NCBI GenBank assembly: GCA_049322255.1
Contig: JBMORE010000053.1
Location: 62,001 to 126,000 of the forward strand
From: Myxococcota bacterium
GTDB lineage: Bacteria > Myxococcota > Myxococcia > Myxococcales > Myxococcaceae
Length of the DNA stretch: 64,000 nt
Direction: 5' to 3'
Under the pieces are notes generated by a model. The model was not told the DNA's origin. It made no database searches and saw nothing but the letters and a program-made list of their open reading frames with translations. This document shows, one piece after another, positions 39,212 through 48,340 of this stretch. Position 1 is the first letter of the stretch. Every line of letters begins with the position of its first letter. The position numbers and the translations under genes are program-made.

Positions 39212-40462
39212 TCAACCCGACGTGCGGCTCTCTGACACCGGCAGTGTAAATCGGAAGGTGCTTCCGTTGCCTACGTCACTTTCCACCCACAGGCGCTCGC
39301 CGTGCGCGTCGACGATTCCCTTGGCGATCGACAGCCCCAGCCCGGTTCCGAGCCCGGAAGACTCCTGCGCCTGCCAGAAGCGATCGAAGACGCGCCGGCG
39401 TTGCTCACGGGTGAGCCCCGGGCCTGTGTCTGCGACCGTCACTTCGACCTTGTCACCCGCGCGGGCAGCGGTGACCGACACCGTCCCACCGTCAGGAGTG
39501 AACTTCACCGCGTTGTCGATGAGGTTCACCAACACCTGAACGACACGGTCTCCGTCGGCGTCGACCAACGGCAACCCCGGGCCAATCTGGGCGCGAAGAA
39601 GAATCGATTTTTCGCAGGCGAAGGGTTCGACGCGGCTGAGCGACTCCCCCACCAAGGAAGTGACCGTGTGCGGGCGAATGCGCAGCGCCAGCTTGGTGGC
39701 GTGCACGCGGGAGCGCTCGAGCAAGTCTCCGATGAGAGATCTCATTCGCCCCACCGAGACGAGAACGGCTTCGAGCCGGCGCCGTTCGCGGCTCTCGTGG
39801 GCTTGTTGCGACAGAAGCATGCCCGCCTCGAGGGCGATTGCCGACAGGGGGTTTTTGAGGTCGTGACAGACGATCGACAACAGCTCTTCGCGTTGTCCCA
39901 CCGCACGCCGCGCCCAGCGGTACCGCTGCGCATAGTCGCTGGCCTTGGCTCGGGCCTGCCGCTCGCCGTCGGCCGCGCAGGTCAAAAGAATGCGGTCGCG
40001 CAGCTGCGCCAGGCGGTTCACCGCCTGGCCACCGAGCAGCGTGAGCGCACGCAGGCTTTCCGGCAATGGGTCGAGGGGGTCGAAGTCCAGCACGCACAAC
40101 GTACCCAACGCCGCCCGATCTTCATCGATGAGCGGGACGCCGACGTAAGAGCGAAAGCGGGGCCCTGCCAAGACCAACGGGCTTTCGCAAAAGCGCTCGT
40201 CTTTCAGCGCGTCTTTGACCACGAAGGGTTCGTTCCCCTCGATCGCATGGGTGCAAAACGAGCTCGCGCGGGGGACATCGCGCTGTGACGTTCCAAAGCG
40301 AGCCTTGGTCACCACCGTGTCCGAGTCGACGAGGTTGATCAGACCGACGGGGGCCCCGCACACCCGCGCCGCGAGCTCGGCGATACCGTCGAGGTCGGGA
40401 TCGCTGGACGCGTCCAGCGTCTCGTAGCGACGCAGCGCCTCAAGTCGTGCCACCTCGGTCAT
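39212..40462 (-). CDS. GAF sensor histidine kinase
   Basis: RLEALRRY..LD GAF start; HDLKNPL; NLIDNAVKFT; GTGLGL. Confidence 0.92.
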   Translation of the reverse strand: MTEVARLEALRRYETLDASSDPDLDGIAELAARVCGAPVGLINLVDSDTVVTKARFGTSQRDVPRASSFCTHAIEGNEPFVVKDALKDERFCESPLVLAGPRFRSYVGVPLIDEDRAALGTLCVLDFDPLDPLPESLRALTLLGGQAVNRLAQLRDRILLTCAADGERQARAKASDYAQRYRWARRAVGQREELLSIVCHDLKNPLSAIALEAGMLLSQQAHESRERRRLEAVLVSVGRMRSLIGDLLERSRVHATKLALRIRPHTVTSLVGESLSRVEPFACEKSILLRAQIGPGLPLVDADGDRVVQVLVNLIDNAVKFTPDGGTVSVTAARAGDKVEVTVADTGPGLTREQRRRVFDRFWQAQESSGLGTGLGLSIAKGIVDAHGERLWVESDVGNGSTFRFTLPVSESRTSG

Positions 40463-40652
40463 CAAGGCCACTCCCCCCCTTTCAGCGAACACCCTTTGTA
40501 CCGGAGCACTTGGAGCTGTCCACTTGGCCCCGCAGCCAATGGGAAGCGTCGCGCGTTCGACATCGTGGCTAAACCCGCCTGCTGCCTAGGACCTTGCCTG
40601 GCATGCGCGCGAAGATCGAAGAAATCGCCTGCGTCTGTAAAAATGCCGCCCC

Positions 40653-41402
40653 ATGAGCGCGGCCCCTCAGCTCTCGCTGGCGACCCCCGAGCGTGTCGAG
40701 CTGTCCTTGCCGGTGGCTGGCATCGGCTTTCGTTCGATCGCCTATCTCATCGACATGGCGCTGGTCCTCTCGGTGTGCATCGTCGCCGTCTTCGTCTTCA
40801 GCCTCTTCGGGGACTTGCTCGGGGTGTACGAGAGCCTGTCCACCTGGGCGAAGGTGGCGGCGCTGTTGGGCGCCTTCGCCACCCAGTGGCTCTACTGGAC
40901 GACCGCCGAGGTGCTCTGGAGCGGCCAGACGCCGGGCAAACGGCTGATGCGCATTCGCGTGGTGCGCGACGATGGCTCGCCGGTGGGGTTCTTCGAGAGC
41001 GCGGTGCGAAACCTCTGCCGGGTAGTCGACTTTTTGCCGGTGGGTTACGCGCTGGGGCTCTTGGTGATGCTCGTCAACCCCCAGCACCGCCGGCTGGGCG
41101 ACGTGCTCGCGGGTACGCTTCTGGTGCACGAAGAGCGAATCGACCTCGACAAGTACACCGCGGCGCCGATTGCCGCGCTTCCGGTGGCAGCCCTGGGGCA
41201 ACCCCTCGCCGCCGTCGACGTGGAGCTGCTTTGCGCCTACCTCGCGCGCGCAAAGACGCTCGACCCCCAAGCACGGACGAAGCTGGCCCAGAAGCTGGTC
41301 GAGCACTATGGCGCCTCGCTGGGGGAAGAGGAGCGCAGGGTGCTGGCGAGCTCCGTCGAATCGGCCGAGGAATATCTGCGGGCCCGGGCCACGGGGCCGT
41401 GA
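40653..41402 (+). CDS. RDD family membrane protein
   Basis: TPERV, R..AYLID, GQTPGKR, RRLGDVLAGT. Confidence 0.9.
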   Translation: MSAAPQLSLATPERVELSLPVAGIGFRSIAYLIDMALVLSVCIVAVFVFSLFGDLLGVYESLSTWAKVAALLGAFATQWLYWTTAEVLWSGQTPGKRLMRIRVVRDDGSPVGFFESAVRNLCRVVDFLPVGYALGLLVMLVNPQHRRLGDVLAGTLLVHEERIDLDKYTAAPIAALPVAALGQPLAAVDVELLCAYLARAKTLDPQARTKLAQKLVEHYGASLGEEERRVLASSVESAEEYLRARATGP

Positions 41403-41404
41403 CG

Positions 41405-42352
41405 ATGGCCGAGCCGCTCTCCTCCTTCGTTTCCCGCCGCCGCGCCGATTGGGACGCGCTTGGGCGGCTGCTCGAAGCGCGGCGCACCGAAAGCCTTCGG
41501 CTGGAAGAGCTGCGCGAGCTCGACCGCCTCTACCGGCGGGCCGCGTCCGACGTCGCGCACGCCCAGGCGTTCTTCCCCGGCACCGACGTGCACCGGTTCC
41601 TCAATCAGCTGGTGAGCACGACCTACGGGCACATCTACCGGCCGCCCTCGGCGCGGTGGGCGGCGGTGGGCGCCTTCTTCCGCCACGGCTTTCCGCATGC
41701 GGTACGCGAGGAGCTCTCCTTCGTCGCCGCCAGCGCGCTCTTGTTCGCGGCGGGATTGCTCCTGGGTGCAGCGGTGGTGTGGCTCGAGCCGCGAGGCGCC
41801 GAGCTGCTCATCTCCGCGCCGCTGCGCGAGCACATCGCCCAGCGCCGTATGTGGACCGACGGCCTCTTGTCGGTGCTGCCGCCCGGCGTGGTGGCCTCGG
41901 CCATTCTCACCAACAACCTCACCGTAGCCATCTCCGCCTTCGGCTTGGGCGCCCTCTTCGGGCTGGGGACCGTCTACGTCCTGGTGAGCAACGGAATCCA
42001 TCTGGGCTCGGTGGCGGCGCTGTGTATCCGTGAGGAGATGGGCTACCCGCTCTTGTCGTTCATCGGAGCACACGGGCCGGTCGAGCTGTCGATCATCATC
42101 CTCGCCGGGGCTTCTGGGTTGATGCTCGGCCACGCGCTCATCGACCCGGGCGAGCTGCCCCGTGCGGTGTTCGTCAGGCAGCGTGCGGCGAAGGCGGTGC
42201 GGCTTTTGGTGGGGAGCGCGCCCTTCCTCGCGCTCATCGGCGTCGTCGAAGGTTATGTCAGCCCCGGCGACCTCTTTCCCGCCCCGTTGAAGATCGCCTT
42301 GGGGCTTCTGCTCGGCGCCGCCTTCTGGGCCTACCTGCTGTGGCGTCGGTAG
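41405..42352 (+). CDS. SpoIIM/DUF95 family membrane protein
   Basis: LYRRAASD, ILTNN, NG..LG, HGPVEL, VVEGYVSP. Confidence 0.88.
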   Translation: MAEPLSSFVSRRRADWDALGRLLEARRTESLRLEELRELDRLYRRAASDVAHAQAFFPGTDVHRFLNQLVSTTYGHIYRPPSARWAAVGAFFRHGFPHAVREELSFVAASALLFAAGLLLGAAVVWLEPRGAELLISAPLREHIAQRRMWTDGLLSVLPPGVVASAILTNNLTVAISAFGLGALFGLGTVYVLVSNGIHLGSVAALCIREEMGYPLLSFIGAHGPVELSIIILAGASGLMLGHALIDPGELPRAVFVRQRAAKAVRLLVGSAPFLALIGVVEGYVSPGDLFPAPLKIALGLLLGAAFWAYLLWRR

Positions 42353-42355
42353 ACG

Positions 42356-42862
42356 TCAGGTTCGGGCGGACAGCTCCATCGGGGAAGCCTGGCCGGCGGT
42401 GAGGGAGTCTTGCCGCCGCCGTTCGCGGTGCACCGCGATGCGCTCGTAGGCCAGGTTCACCTCGCGCATTTTTTCCACCGTGCCCCCGCGGTCGGGGTGG
42501 TTGGCCAGCGCCAGCTCGCGATAGCGGTCACGAATCGTGTCGTCCGAGTCGAGCGGCGACACCCCGAGCAGCCGGTACGGGTCCTGGTCTTCCAGCGAGG
42601 CGAGCCAGCGCTCGAGCCGATCCTTGACCGCCTCGAAGCCAGTCGAGGGGCCTGCCTCGGCGCGGCGCGGGTGGGTGCGCACCTTGGCGTCGGCGCGGAA
42701 GAGATCGGCATAGGTGCTCGACACCCAGCGGTGGCAGCCCGCGCAGCGGAAGTAACGCACCCGCGCCCCGCTCCCCAGATGGGAGGTCATGCGGATGCCG
42801 CAGTGGGTGCACTCCACGTCGACGTCTTCCAGGGTGGTGGCAGCAGCGGGGTTTGCCCTCAT
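42356..42862 (-). CDS. Zinc-ribbon + C-terminal J-domain protein
   Basis: CTHC..CAGC; DPYRLLGV...YRELALANHPDRGG...NLAYE. Confidence 0.88.
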   Translation of the reverse strand: MRANPAAATTLEDVDVECTHCGIRMTSHLGSGARVRYFRCAGCHRWVSSTYADLFRADAKVRTHPRRAEAGPSTGFEAVKDRLERWLASLEDQDPYRLLGVSPLDSDDTIRDRYRELALANHPDRGGTVEKMREVNLAYERIAVHRERRRQDSLTAGQASPMELSART

Positions 42863-42978
42863 GCTTTGGCCTCCTTGGCGTCTGCTACATCTCTGGAGTG
42901 GGTTGTACCGGGGCGGCGATCCAACGCAAGAAAACGTCCGCAGTTGCGGTAAGAAGGGCCAAAGCTCACGGAGCCCTC

Positions 42979-43548
42979 ATGCGTCAGCTCGCCGTCCCCC
43001 TGCTCTTGGTCCTTGGCCTCGCCGACGTCGGCGAAGCCGAGCCGAGGCGGGCGCGCAAGACTCCCTCCCAGTCGGCGCTGGGAAACCCCAAGGAAGACGA
43101 CGCTGCCCTGCCCCCCGCCCCCGCTCCTTTCATCGACGCCTCCCGAACCGAGGCCGACGTCGCGCTCGTCCGTGCGCTCTTGTGGGCCTTCGAGCCTGCT
43201 CCGCTGGAAATTCGGCTCTTGGCGGTGGAAGACCTGGCCTTGCTCGGCGATGTACGGGCGCTCAACCCGCTGGCGCAGCTGGTCTTCGACCCCCATCCCT
43301 CGGTGCAAGCCGCGGCCCTGCGCGCCGTCACCCGCTTCCAGCACCGCCGCGCGGAGGAGATTTTGTGCAACGCGGTGCAGCACCCTCACGTGTCGGAACG
43401 ACTCAAGACCCAGGCCCTGGAGGCGCTTCTCTTCCAGCGCTCGGCGAGCGCGCGCGCCTTTCTTTCCCAGGTCGCGGGTTCGTCGCGCCACGGGTACAGC
43501 TTGCGCAACACCGCCCAGCGGGTATTGGCGCAGTGGGGAGCCACGTGA
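42979..43548 (+). CDS. Exported HEAT-repeat protein
   Basis: Signal-like N-terminus; IRLLAVEDLALLGD and VQAAALRA repeats. Confidence 0.72.
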   Translation: MRQLAVPLLLVLGLADVGEAEPRRARKTPSQSALGNPKEDDAALPPAPAPFIDASRTEADVALVRALLWAFEPAPLEIRLLAVEDLALLGDVRALNPLAQLVFDPHPSVQAAALRAVTRFQHRRAEEILCNAVQHPHVSERLKTQALEALLFQRSASARAFLSQVAGSSRHGYSLRNTAQRVLAQWGAT

Positions 43549-44369
43549 CTCATCGACACATCGCCTTCCTCGGTGCGGGCAACATGGCCGAGGCGCTCAT
43601 CAAGGGACTATTGCGCTCGGGAGTTTCGGCCGACCACGTCACCGCCACCGCGCGGCGAACCGAGCGCCAAGAGGAGCTGCGTCGCCTCTACGGGATTGGG
43701 GTGACCGGCGACAACCTGGCGGCCGCGAAGAACGCCGACGTGGTCGTGCTCGCGGTCAAGCCGCAGGCGATGGACCAGGTCCTCGCGCAGGTGGCCAGCG
43801 CCGTCGATGGGGAGAAGCTGGTCATCTCCATCGCCGCCGGAGTGCCAATCGCCGCCTTGGAGCGCAAGCTGGGCAAAGGCGCACACGTGGTGCGCGCCAT
43901 GCCCAACACCCCGGCGCTGGTGGGCGCCGGCGCCACCGCCCTCTCCGGCGGGGAGCACGCCACGGAAGAGGACTTGAAGACCGCGCAGCGCCTGTTCGAC
44001 GCGGTAGGTACCACCACCGTGGTGGAGGAAGGTCTGCTCGACGCGGTCACCGGTCTGTCGGGCAGCGGACCGGCGTACGTGTTCTTGGTCATCGAAGCGC
44101 TCTCCGACGCCGGCGTGAAGGTCGGCCTGCCGCGCTACACCGCGCTGGCGCTGGCGGCGCAGACGGTGCTGGGCAGCGCGAAGCTTCTCATCGAGACCGG
44201 CGCTCACCCCGGCCACCTCAAGGATCAGGTGACCTCACCGGGAGGCACCGCCATCGCCGGGCTGCACACCCTCGAGTCGGGAGGCCTGCGCACCACCCTC
44301 ATCGACGCGGTGGAGGCCGCCACCCGCCGGGCCAAACAGCTGGGGGAGCAGTTCCTCGCCAAGGGGTGA
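43545..44369 (+). CDS. proC: Pyrroline-5-carboxylate reductase
   Basis: GAGNMA, LAVKPQ, RAMPNTP, SGSGPAY, VTSPGGT. Confidence 0.96.
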   Translation: MTHRHIAFLGAGNMAEALIKGLLRSGVSADHVTATARRTERQEELRRLYGIGVTGDNLAAAKNADVVVLAVKPQAMDQVLAQVASAVDGEKLVISIAAGVPIAALERKLGKGAHVVRAMPNTPALVGAGATALSGGEHATEEDLKTAQRLFDAVGTTTVVEEGLLDAVTGLSGSGPAYVFLVIEALSDAGVKVGLPRYTALALAAQTVLGSAKLLIETGAHPGHLKDQVTSPGGTAIAGLHTLESGGLRTTLIDAVEAATRRAKQLGEQFLAKG

Positions 44370-44391
44370 GCGTGGCCTATAATCGGCCGCC

Positions 44392-44916
44392 ATGAAGATC
44401 ACCCCTCTGGACATCCGCCAGAAGCGCTTCGAGAGCTCCTTTCGCGGGTTCTTGCGCCGCGAGGTCGAGGCCTTTCTCGAGCTTTTGGCCGGCGAGTTCG
44501 AAGAGGTGGTGAAGGAGAACATCTCCCTCAAAGAAGAGCTTCGGCGCACCCTGGCGCGCCTGGAGCAGCACTTAGAGCGCGAGCGCACCTTGCAGGAGAC
44601 GATGGTCACCGCGCAGAAGATTTCCGACGACTTGAAGGCGGCGGCGAAGAAGGAGGCGGAAATCATCCTCGCCGAGGCCGAGCACCAGGCGGAGAAGATC
44701 GTTCAGGGAGCGCACCAGAAGCTGGTACAGGTGGTGGAAGACATCAACGAGCTCAAAAGGCAGCGGGTGCAATTCGAGTCGCAGGTGCGCTCGGTGATCG
44801 ACGCGCACGCCAAGCTGATCGACACCTTCAGCTCGGCGGGGTCCGGCGACGCGCGCGACCGGGTGGAGGACAACGTGTCGTTCCTCACCCGCAAGGCGGG
44901 CAGCCACGAGCCTTGA
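44392..44916 (+). CDS. divIVA: DivIVA domain protein
   Basis: [16 protein letters not shown]...EVEAFLE followed by a coiled coil. Confidence 0.9.
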   Translation: MKITPLDIRQKRFESSFRGFLRREVEAFLELLAGEFEEVVKENISLKEELRRTLARLEQHLERERTLQETMVTAQKISDDLKAAAKKEAEIILAEAEHQAEKIVQGAHQKLVQVVEDINELKRQRVQFESQVRSVIDAHAKLIDTFSSAGSGDARDRVEDNVSFLTRKAGSHEP

Positions 44917-45212
44917 GCCTGCCTTACCTGCGCGAAGTTCCCGGGGGCGTGGAGCTGTCGGTGCTCGTGCAACCTCGCGCCTCGCGCACGAAGATCTGCG
45001 GTGAGCACGGCGGGCAGCTGAAGATTCAGCTCGCCGCTCCCCCGGTCGACGGCGCAGCCAACGCCGCCCTGGTCGAATTCGTGGCCGAGCGCGTGGGGGT
45101 GCCCAAACGCCAGGTGCAGCTGGTCGCCGGGGAGAGCTCGCGACGCAAGCGCCTCAGAATCGAGGGAGCCGAGCCAGCGCGGGTAGCGGCTGTTATGAAT
45201 GCCGCGCCGTGA
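44913..45212 (+). CDS. DUF167/YggU family protein
   Basis: [23 protein letters not shown]. Confidence 0.9.
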   Translation: MSLPYLREVPGGVELSVLVQPRASRTKICGEHGGQLKIQLAAPPVDGAANAALVEFVAERVGVPKRQVQLVAGESSRRKRLRIEGAEPARVAAVMNAAP

Positions 45213-46186
45213 CGCGCTCGCTCTTCTTCCTCTTTTTGCTGGGTGGCTTCGCCCACGCCGGCGTGCCTCAAGAGGCCTTGCGGGTCGAAGCACCGCAAAT
45301 TCCTTCCCCCCTCCCCGCCATCGCCTCGGGAGAAATCTCCACCGAGCATTTCCGCCTCGTCCACACCCCCAACGCAAAAGGAGCCGCCCGTGCCCTCTCC
45401 GAGGACATCGAACAGTTTCGGCGAAGCTTCGAGCACGTCTTGGGGAGGACCTGGCCCGGCCTCACCGAGGTGCGGGTGGGGCTGGGGCGTGAGGAATTCG
45501 AGGCGCTCGCCCTGCCAGGGGGCAAGCCCCCCAGCTGGGCCATCGCGCTGGCCTACCCCTCGCACAACGTCATGCTGGTGGAGGCGCGCTCCCTCACCGG
45601 CGCCAACGGCTCGGCGACGGTGGTGCACGAGCTCGCGCACGTGGCTCTCGGCCAGCTGGGTGACGGTTGGCCGCGCTGGTTCCACGAAGGCTTGGCCAGC
45701 TACCTCGCCGACGCGCGCCGCTTCTCGCTGTCGCAGTACGCCACCATGTTCCGCGCCGTGCAGCAGGAGCGCATCTTCGCCTTCGAGGACTTGGCCGACG
45801 GCTGGCCGACCCACCCCGACGAGGTCGAGGTGGCGTACGCGCAAAGCGAAGCGTTCGTCGCCTTCCTCCTCGAACGGCACAGCCGAGATTCCCTGGGGCG
45901 GCTCTTCGACGCGGTGCAGGCCAAGATGCCCTTCGAGACCGCCTTCGGCATGGCTTTCTCCACCTCCCTCGCCTTGGAGGAGCGCGCCTGGCAAAAGACG
46001 CTCCCCGCGCGGTACTCCTGGGTGCCCATCGTCACCGGGGGAACCACCCTGTGGGCCTTGGCAGCGGGGCTGTGCGCTGTCGGTTACATCCGCGTCCGCG
46101 CCGCCCGCGCGCGCAAGCGGGCCTTGCTCGAGGCCGAAGAGGCCGCGCAGGCAGAGCAGAGCTTTCAGGACGTCCACCCAAGCTAG
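45209..46186 (+). CDS. Peptidase MA-like zinc metalloprotease with C-terminal TM
   Basis: [19 protein letters not shown]. Confidence 0.85.
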   Translation: MTRSLFFLFLLGGFAHAGVPQEALRVEAPQIPSPLPAIASGEISTEHFRLVHTPNAKGAARALSEDIEQFRRSFEHVLGRTWPGLTEVRVGLGREEFEALALPGGKPPSWAIALAYPSHNVMLVEARSLTGANGSATVVHELAHVALGQLGDGWPRWFHEGLASYLADARRFSLSQYATMFRAVQQERIFAFEDLADGWPTHPDEVEVAYAQSEAFVAFLLERHSRDSLGRLFDAVQAKMPFETAFGMAFSTSLALEERAWQKTLPARYSWVPIVTGGTTLWALAAGLCAVGYIRVRAARARKRALLEAEEAAQAEQSFQDVHPS

Positions 46187-47619
46187 CGCTTGGCCTTGGA
46201 GAGGGCGCTGGCCAGGTCTCGCTTGGCCTTTTCGAAGAGCATCGGCTCGCGGTGGACGGCCTCCGGGGAAGCCGCCAAGCGCCTGGCCCACGTCTGCGCG
46301 AGCGCGCCCTGCCCTGCGTGCTCGGCGAGCTTGAGCAACTCATAGTCCTCCAGCCCGTCGCGCAGGTGCTTGAGGCGAATGCTTTCCACCAGGACGTCGG
46401 GTGAGGGGTAGAAGAGCGCCGCACGGGAAAGCGACTTGTCCCAGCCGGCGCGGCGAAAGCCGTCGAGCACCTCGCCGTAGCGGAGACCCGCAGCTCCGGC
46501 GCGGTATGCAAGCCAGGGGATGGCCCGCACCACATGCGCCGGCGCACCCAGCGTCAGGGAGGTGCTCCCCGTCGTGGGGACGCTCCACCACGCTGATTCG
46601 CGCCAAGCGCCCTTGCGCGCCACGAGCTCCCCCCAGCTTTGGCCGTGTGCAGGGCGACCCAGGCTCGCCGCCAGCGCCTCTGGCTCCCGCACCACCAAAT
46701 CCACCAGCCGGTCGTCCCACCCCTTCTCTTTGAGGTGGCGGCGGAAGGCGAGCACGTACTTGAAGCGCTGCAGCGAAGTCAGCCCGCTCGGCAGCGGCAA
46801 CGCCAGCGCGCTCGCTCGCGCGCCCTCGAGGGTCTCCACCCCGTCGAGCAGCACGCCCACCTCTAGATCGAAGCGCTCGAAGTCGATCTCCAGCTCGCCG
46901 TTGCCCGGCAGCACCTTGAAGGCGGGAGCCTCGACTCCGCCCTCGATGAAGGTCACCCGGCTGGCGAGCCCCGCCATCGCGAAGCGCAGCCGCACCGCCG
47001 CCCCGTCGGGAGCGCTCACCGCGCGGCCACTGCCGAGCAAGAGCTCCCGCCCGGAGAACTCGAAGGCCGTGGGTAAGCTCGCCTGCCGCGGCAGGTCGAG
47101 CCTGAGCACCTCCAGCTCGATCGGCACCTGCGCCCGGGCCTCGTCCACCCGGACCTCGATCGTTCCCTCGTAGCGACCGGGCTGCGCCCAGCGCGGCACC
47201 GCCAGATCGAAGAACAGCGGCACGTTGACGGCGGCGACGCCGAAGCCCGCCGCGACACTTTTTCCCAGAGGCATCGGCCGCAACGGGTCGAGCACACGAA
47301 TGCCGTCGAGGTCGACAAAGCCCGCGCGATAGACGTGAACCTGCGCCTTTGGCAGCTCGCCTCCTGGGCCACGCAACGCCCCAGCGTGCACCTCGATTCG
47401 CTGCGCAGACGTCTGGGGCTGGAGGACGACGAAGAACGACTCTCGCTCTCCGCGCGCTGCCACCAAGGAAACGACCTCCGCTGCCCGTGCGGGCGCTCCT
47501 TCGGCAGACAGGTCACTCGTCGCGGGCGCCACGAAGAACGACAAGGGCGCCTCCGGATTCGGCGCTCCCCACGCCGCTCCGAGGAACACCACTCCCATCA
47601 CCGCCAGCTGCGGTTTCAT
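46183..47619 (-). CDS. DUF4091 / GH123-like exported protein
   Basis: ARGERESF near the N-terminus; LFYP...SIRLKHLRDGLEDYE C-terminal motif. Confidence 0.72.
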   Translation of the reverse strand: MKPQLAVMGVVFLGAAWGAPNPEAPLSFFVAPATSDLSAEGAPARAAEVVSLVAARGERESFFVVLQPQTSAQRIEVHAGALRGPGGELPKAQVHVYRAGFVDLDGIRVLDPLRPMPLGKSVAAGFGVAAVNVPLFFDLAVPRWAQPGRYEGTIEVRVDEARAQVPIELEVLRLDLPRQASLPTAFEFSGRELLLGSGRAVSAPDGAAVRLRFAMAGLASRVTFIEGGVEAPAFKVLPGNGELEIDFERFDLEVGVLLDGVETLEGARASALALPLPSGLTSLQRFKYVLAFRRHLKEKGWDDRLVDLVVREPEALAASLGRPAHGQSWGELVARKGAWRESAWWSVPTTGSTSLTLGAPAHVVRAIPWLAYRAGAAGLRYGEVLDGFRRAGWDKSLSRAALFYPSPDVLVESIRLKHLRDGLEDYELLKLAEHAGQGALAQTWARRLAASPEAVHREPMLFEKAKRDLASALSKAKR

Positions 47620-47833
47620 CGGCGCCCCCTCCTCCCGCTCCTGACTTTCGTTCCACAGCAACGCCCGTGCCTGTCCCCCGGGCATCTTGGGGTGGACAGT
47701 CGGCGGGGCGGCGCACCCACTGCTTCGCCTGGCTGGACTTTTTTCTGCCCAGATTGACGACGCGCGAGGGCCGTGCGCGCAACTGGCCCATCTTCTTGGC
47801 ACAGCGGCCTGGCAACCCGCTTGCTGGGTGGAG

Positions 47834-48340
47834 ATGAACGTGCGGCCGAACAAAGTGGGGGAGGCTCTTCTTCGTAGCCCCGAACGAATCGCCGCTGCCT
47901 GGCGCAGACTGCGGTCGGCGGAAGTCACCACGACTCCTCACCTCGCCCACCTGCTGGACGGGGTGGTCGAGGCCTTCATCCGCGAGCTCGGAGCCACGTT
48001 GGTGGGTGCCCACGGCCACCCCTGGGGTCGCTGCCGCGGGGTGCTTCGCCTCTCCCACGCGCGCGGGACACAGGCGCTCTACGCCGAGTTCGCCGCCCTT
48101 CGCCATTGCCTCGGTGATGCGGTGGAGGCGCTGGGGGGCGGGGACCTGGAGCGAACGGTGGTGAACCACGCCATCGACGACGCGGTGGACAGCGCCGTGG
48201 CCCTGCTCGGCAGGTTGCGCGACGCGGGCCTTCCCCCTGCGCGGGTCCAGTTCGGAGGGGTGGTGCTCGAGGTCTTCGATGGAACGCGCTCAGGCCGCCA
48301 TACCCTGGTGGCGATCGCGCGGCGGCAGACGCTGCACTAA
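47834..48340 (+). CDS. Helical hypothetical protein, RsbRD_N-like
   Basis: ERIAAAW...EFAALR..L pattern; GGAG RBS. Confidence 0.55.
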   Translation: MNVRPNKVGEALLRSPERIAAAWRRLRSAEVTTTPHLAHLLDGVVEAFIRELGATLVGAHGHPWGRCRGVLRLSHARGTQALYAEFAALRHCLGDAVEALGGGDLERTVVNHAIDDAVDSAVALLGRLRDAGLPPARVQFGGVVLEVFDGTRSGRHTLVAIARRQTLH

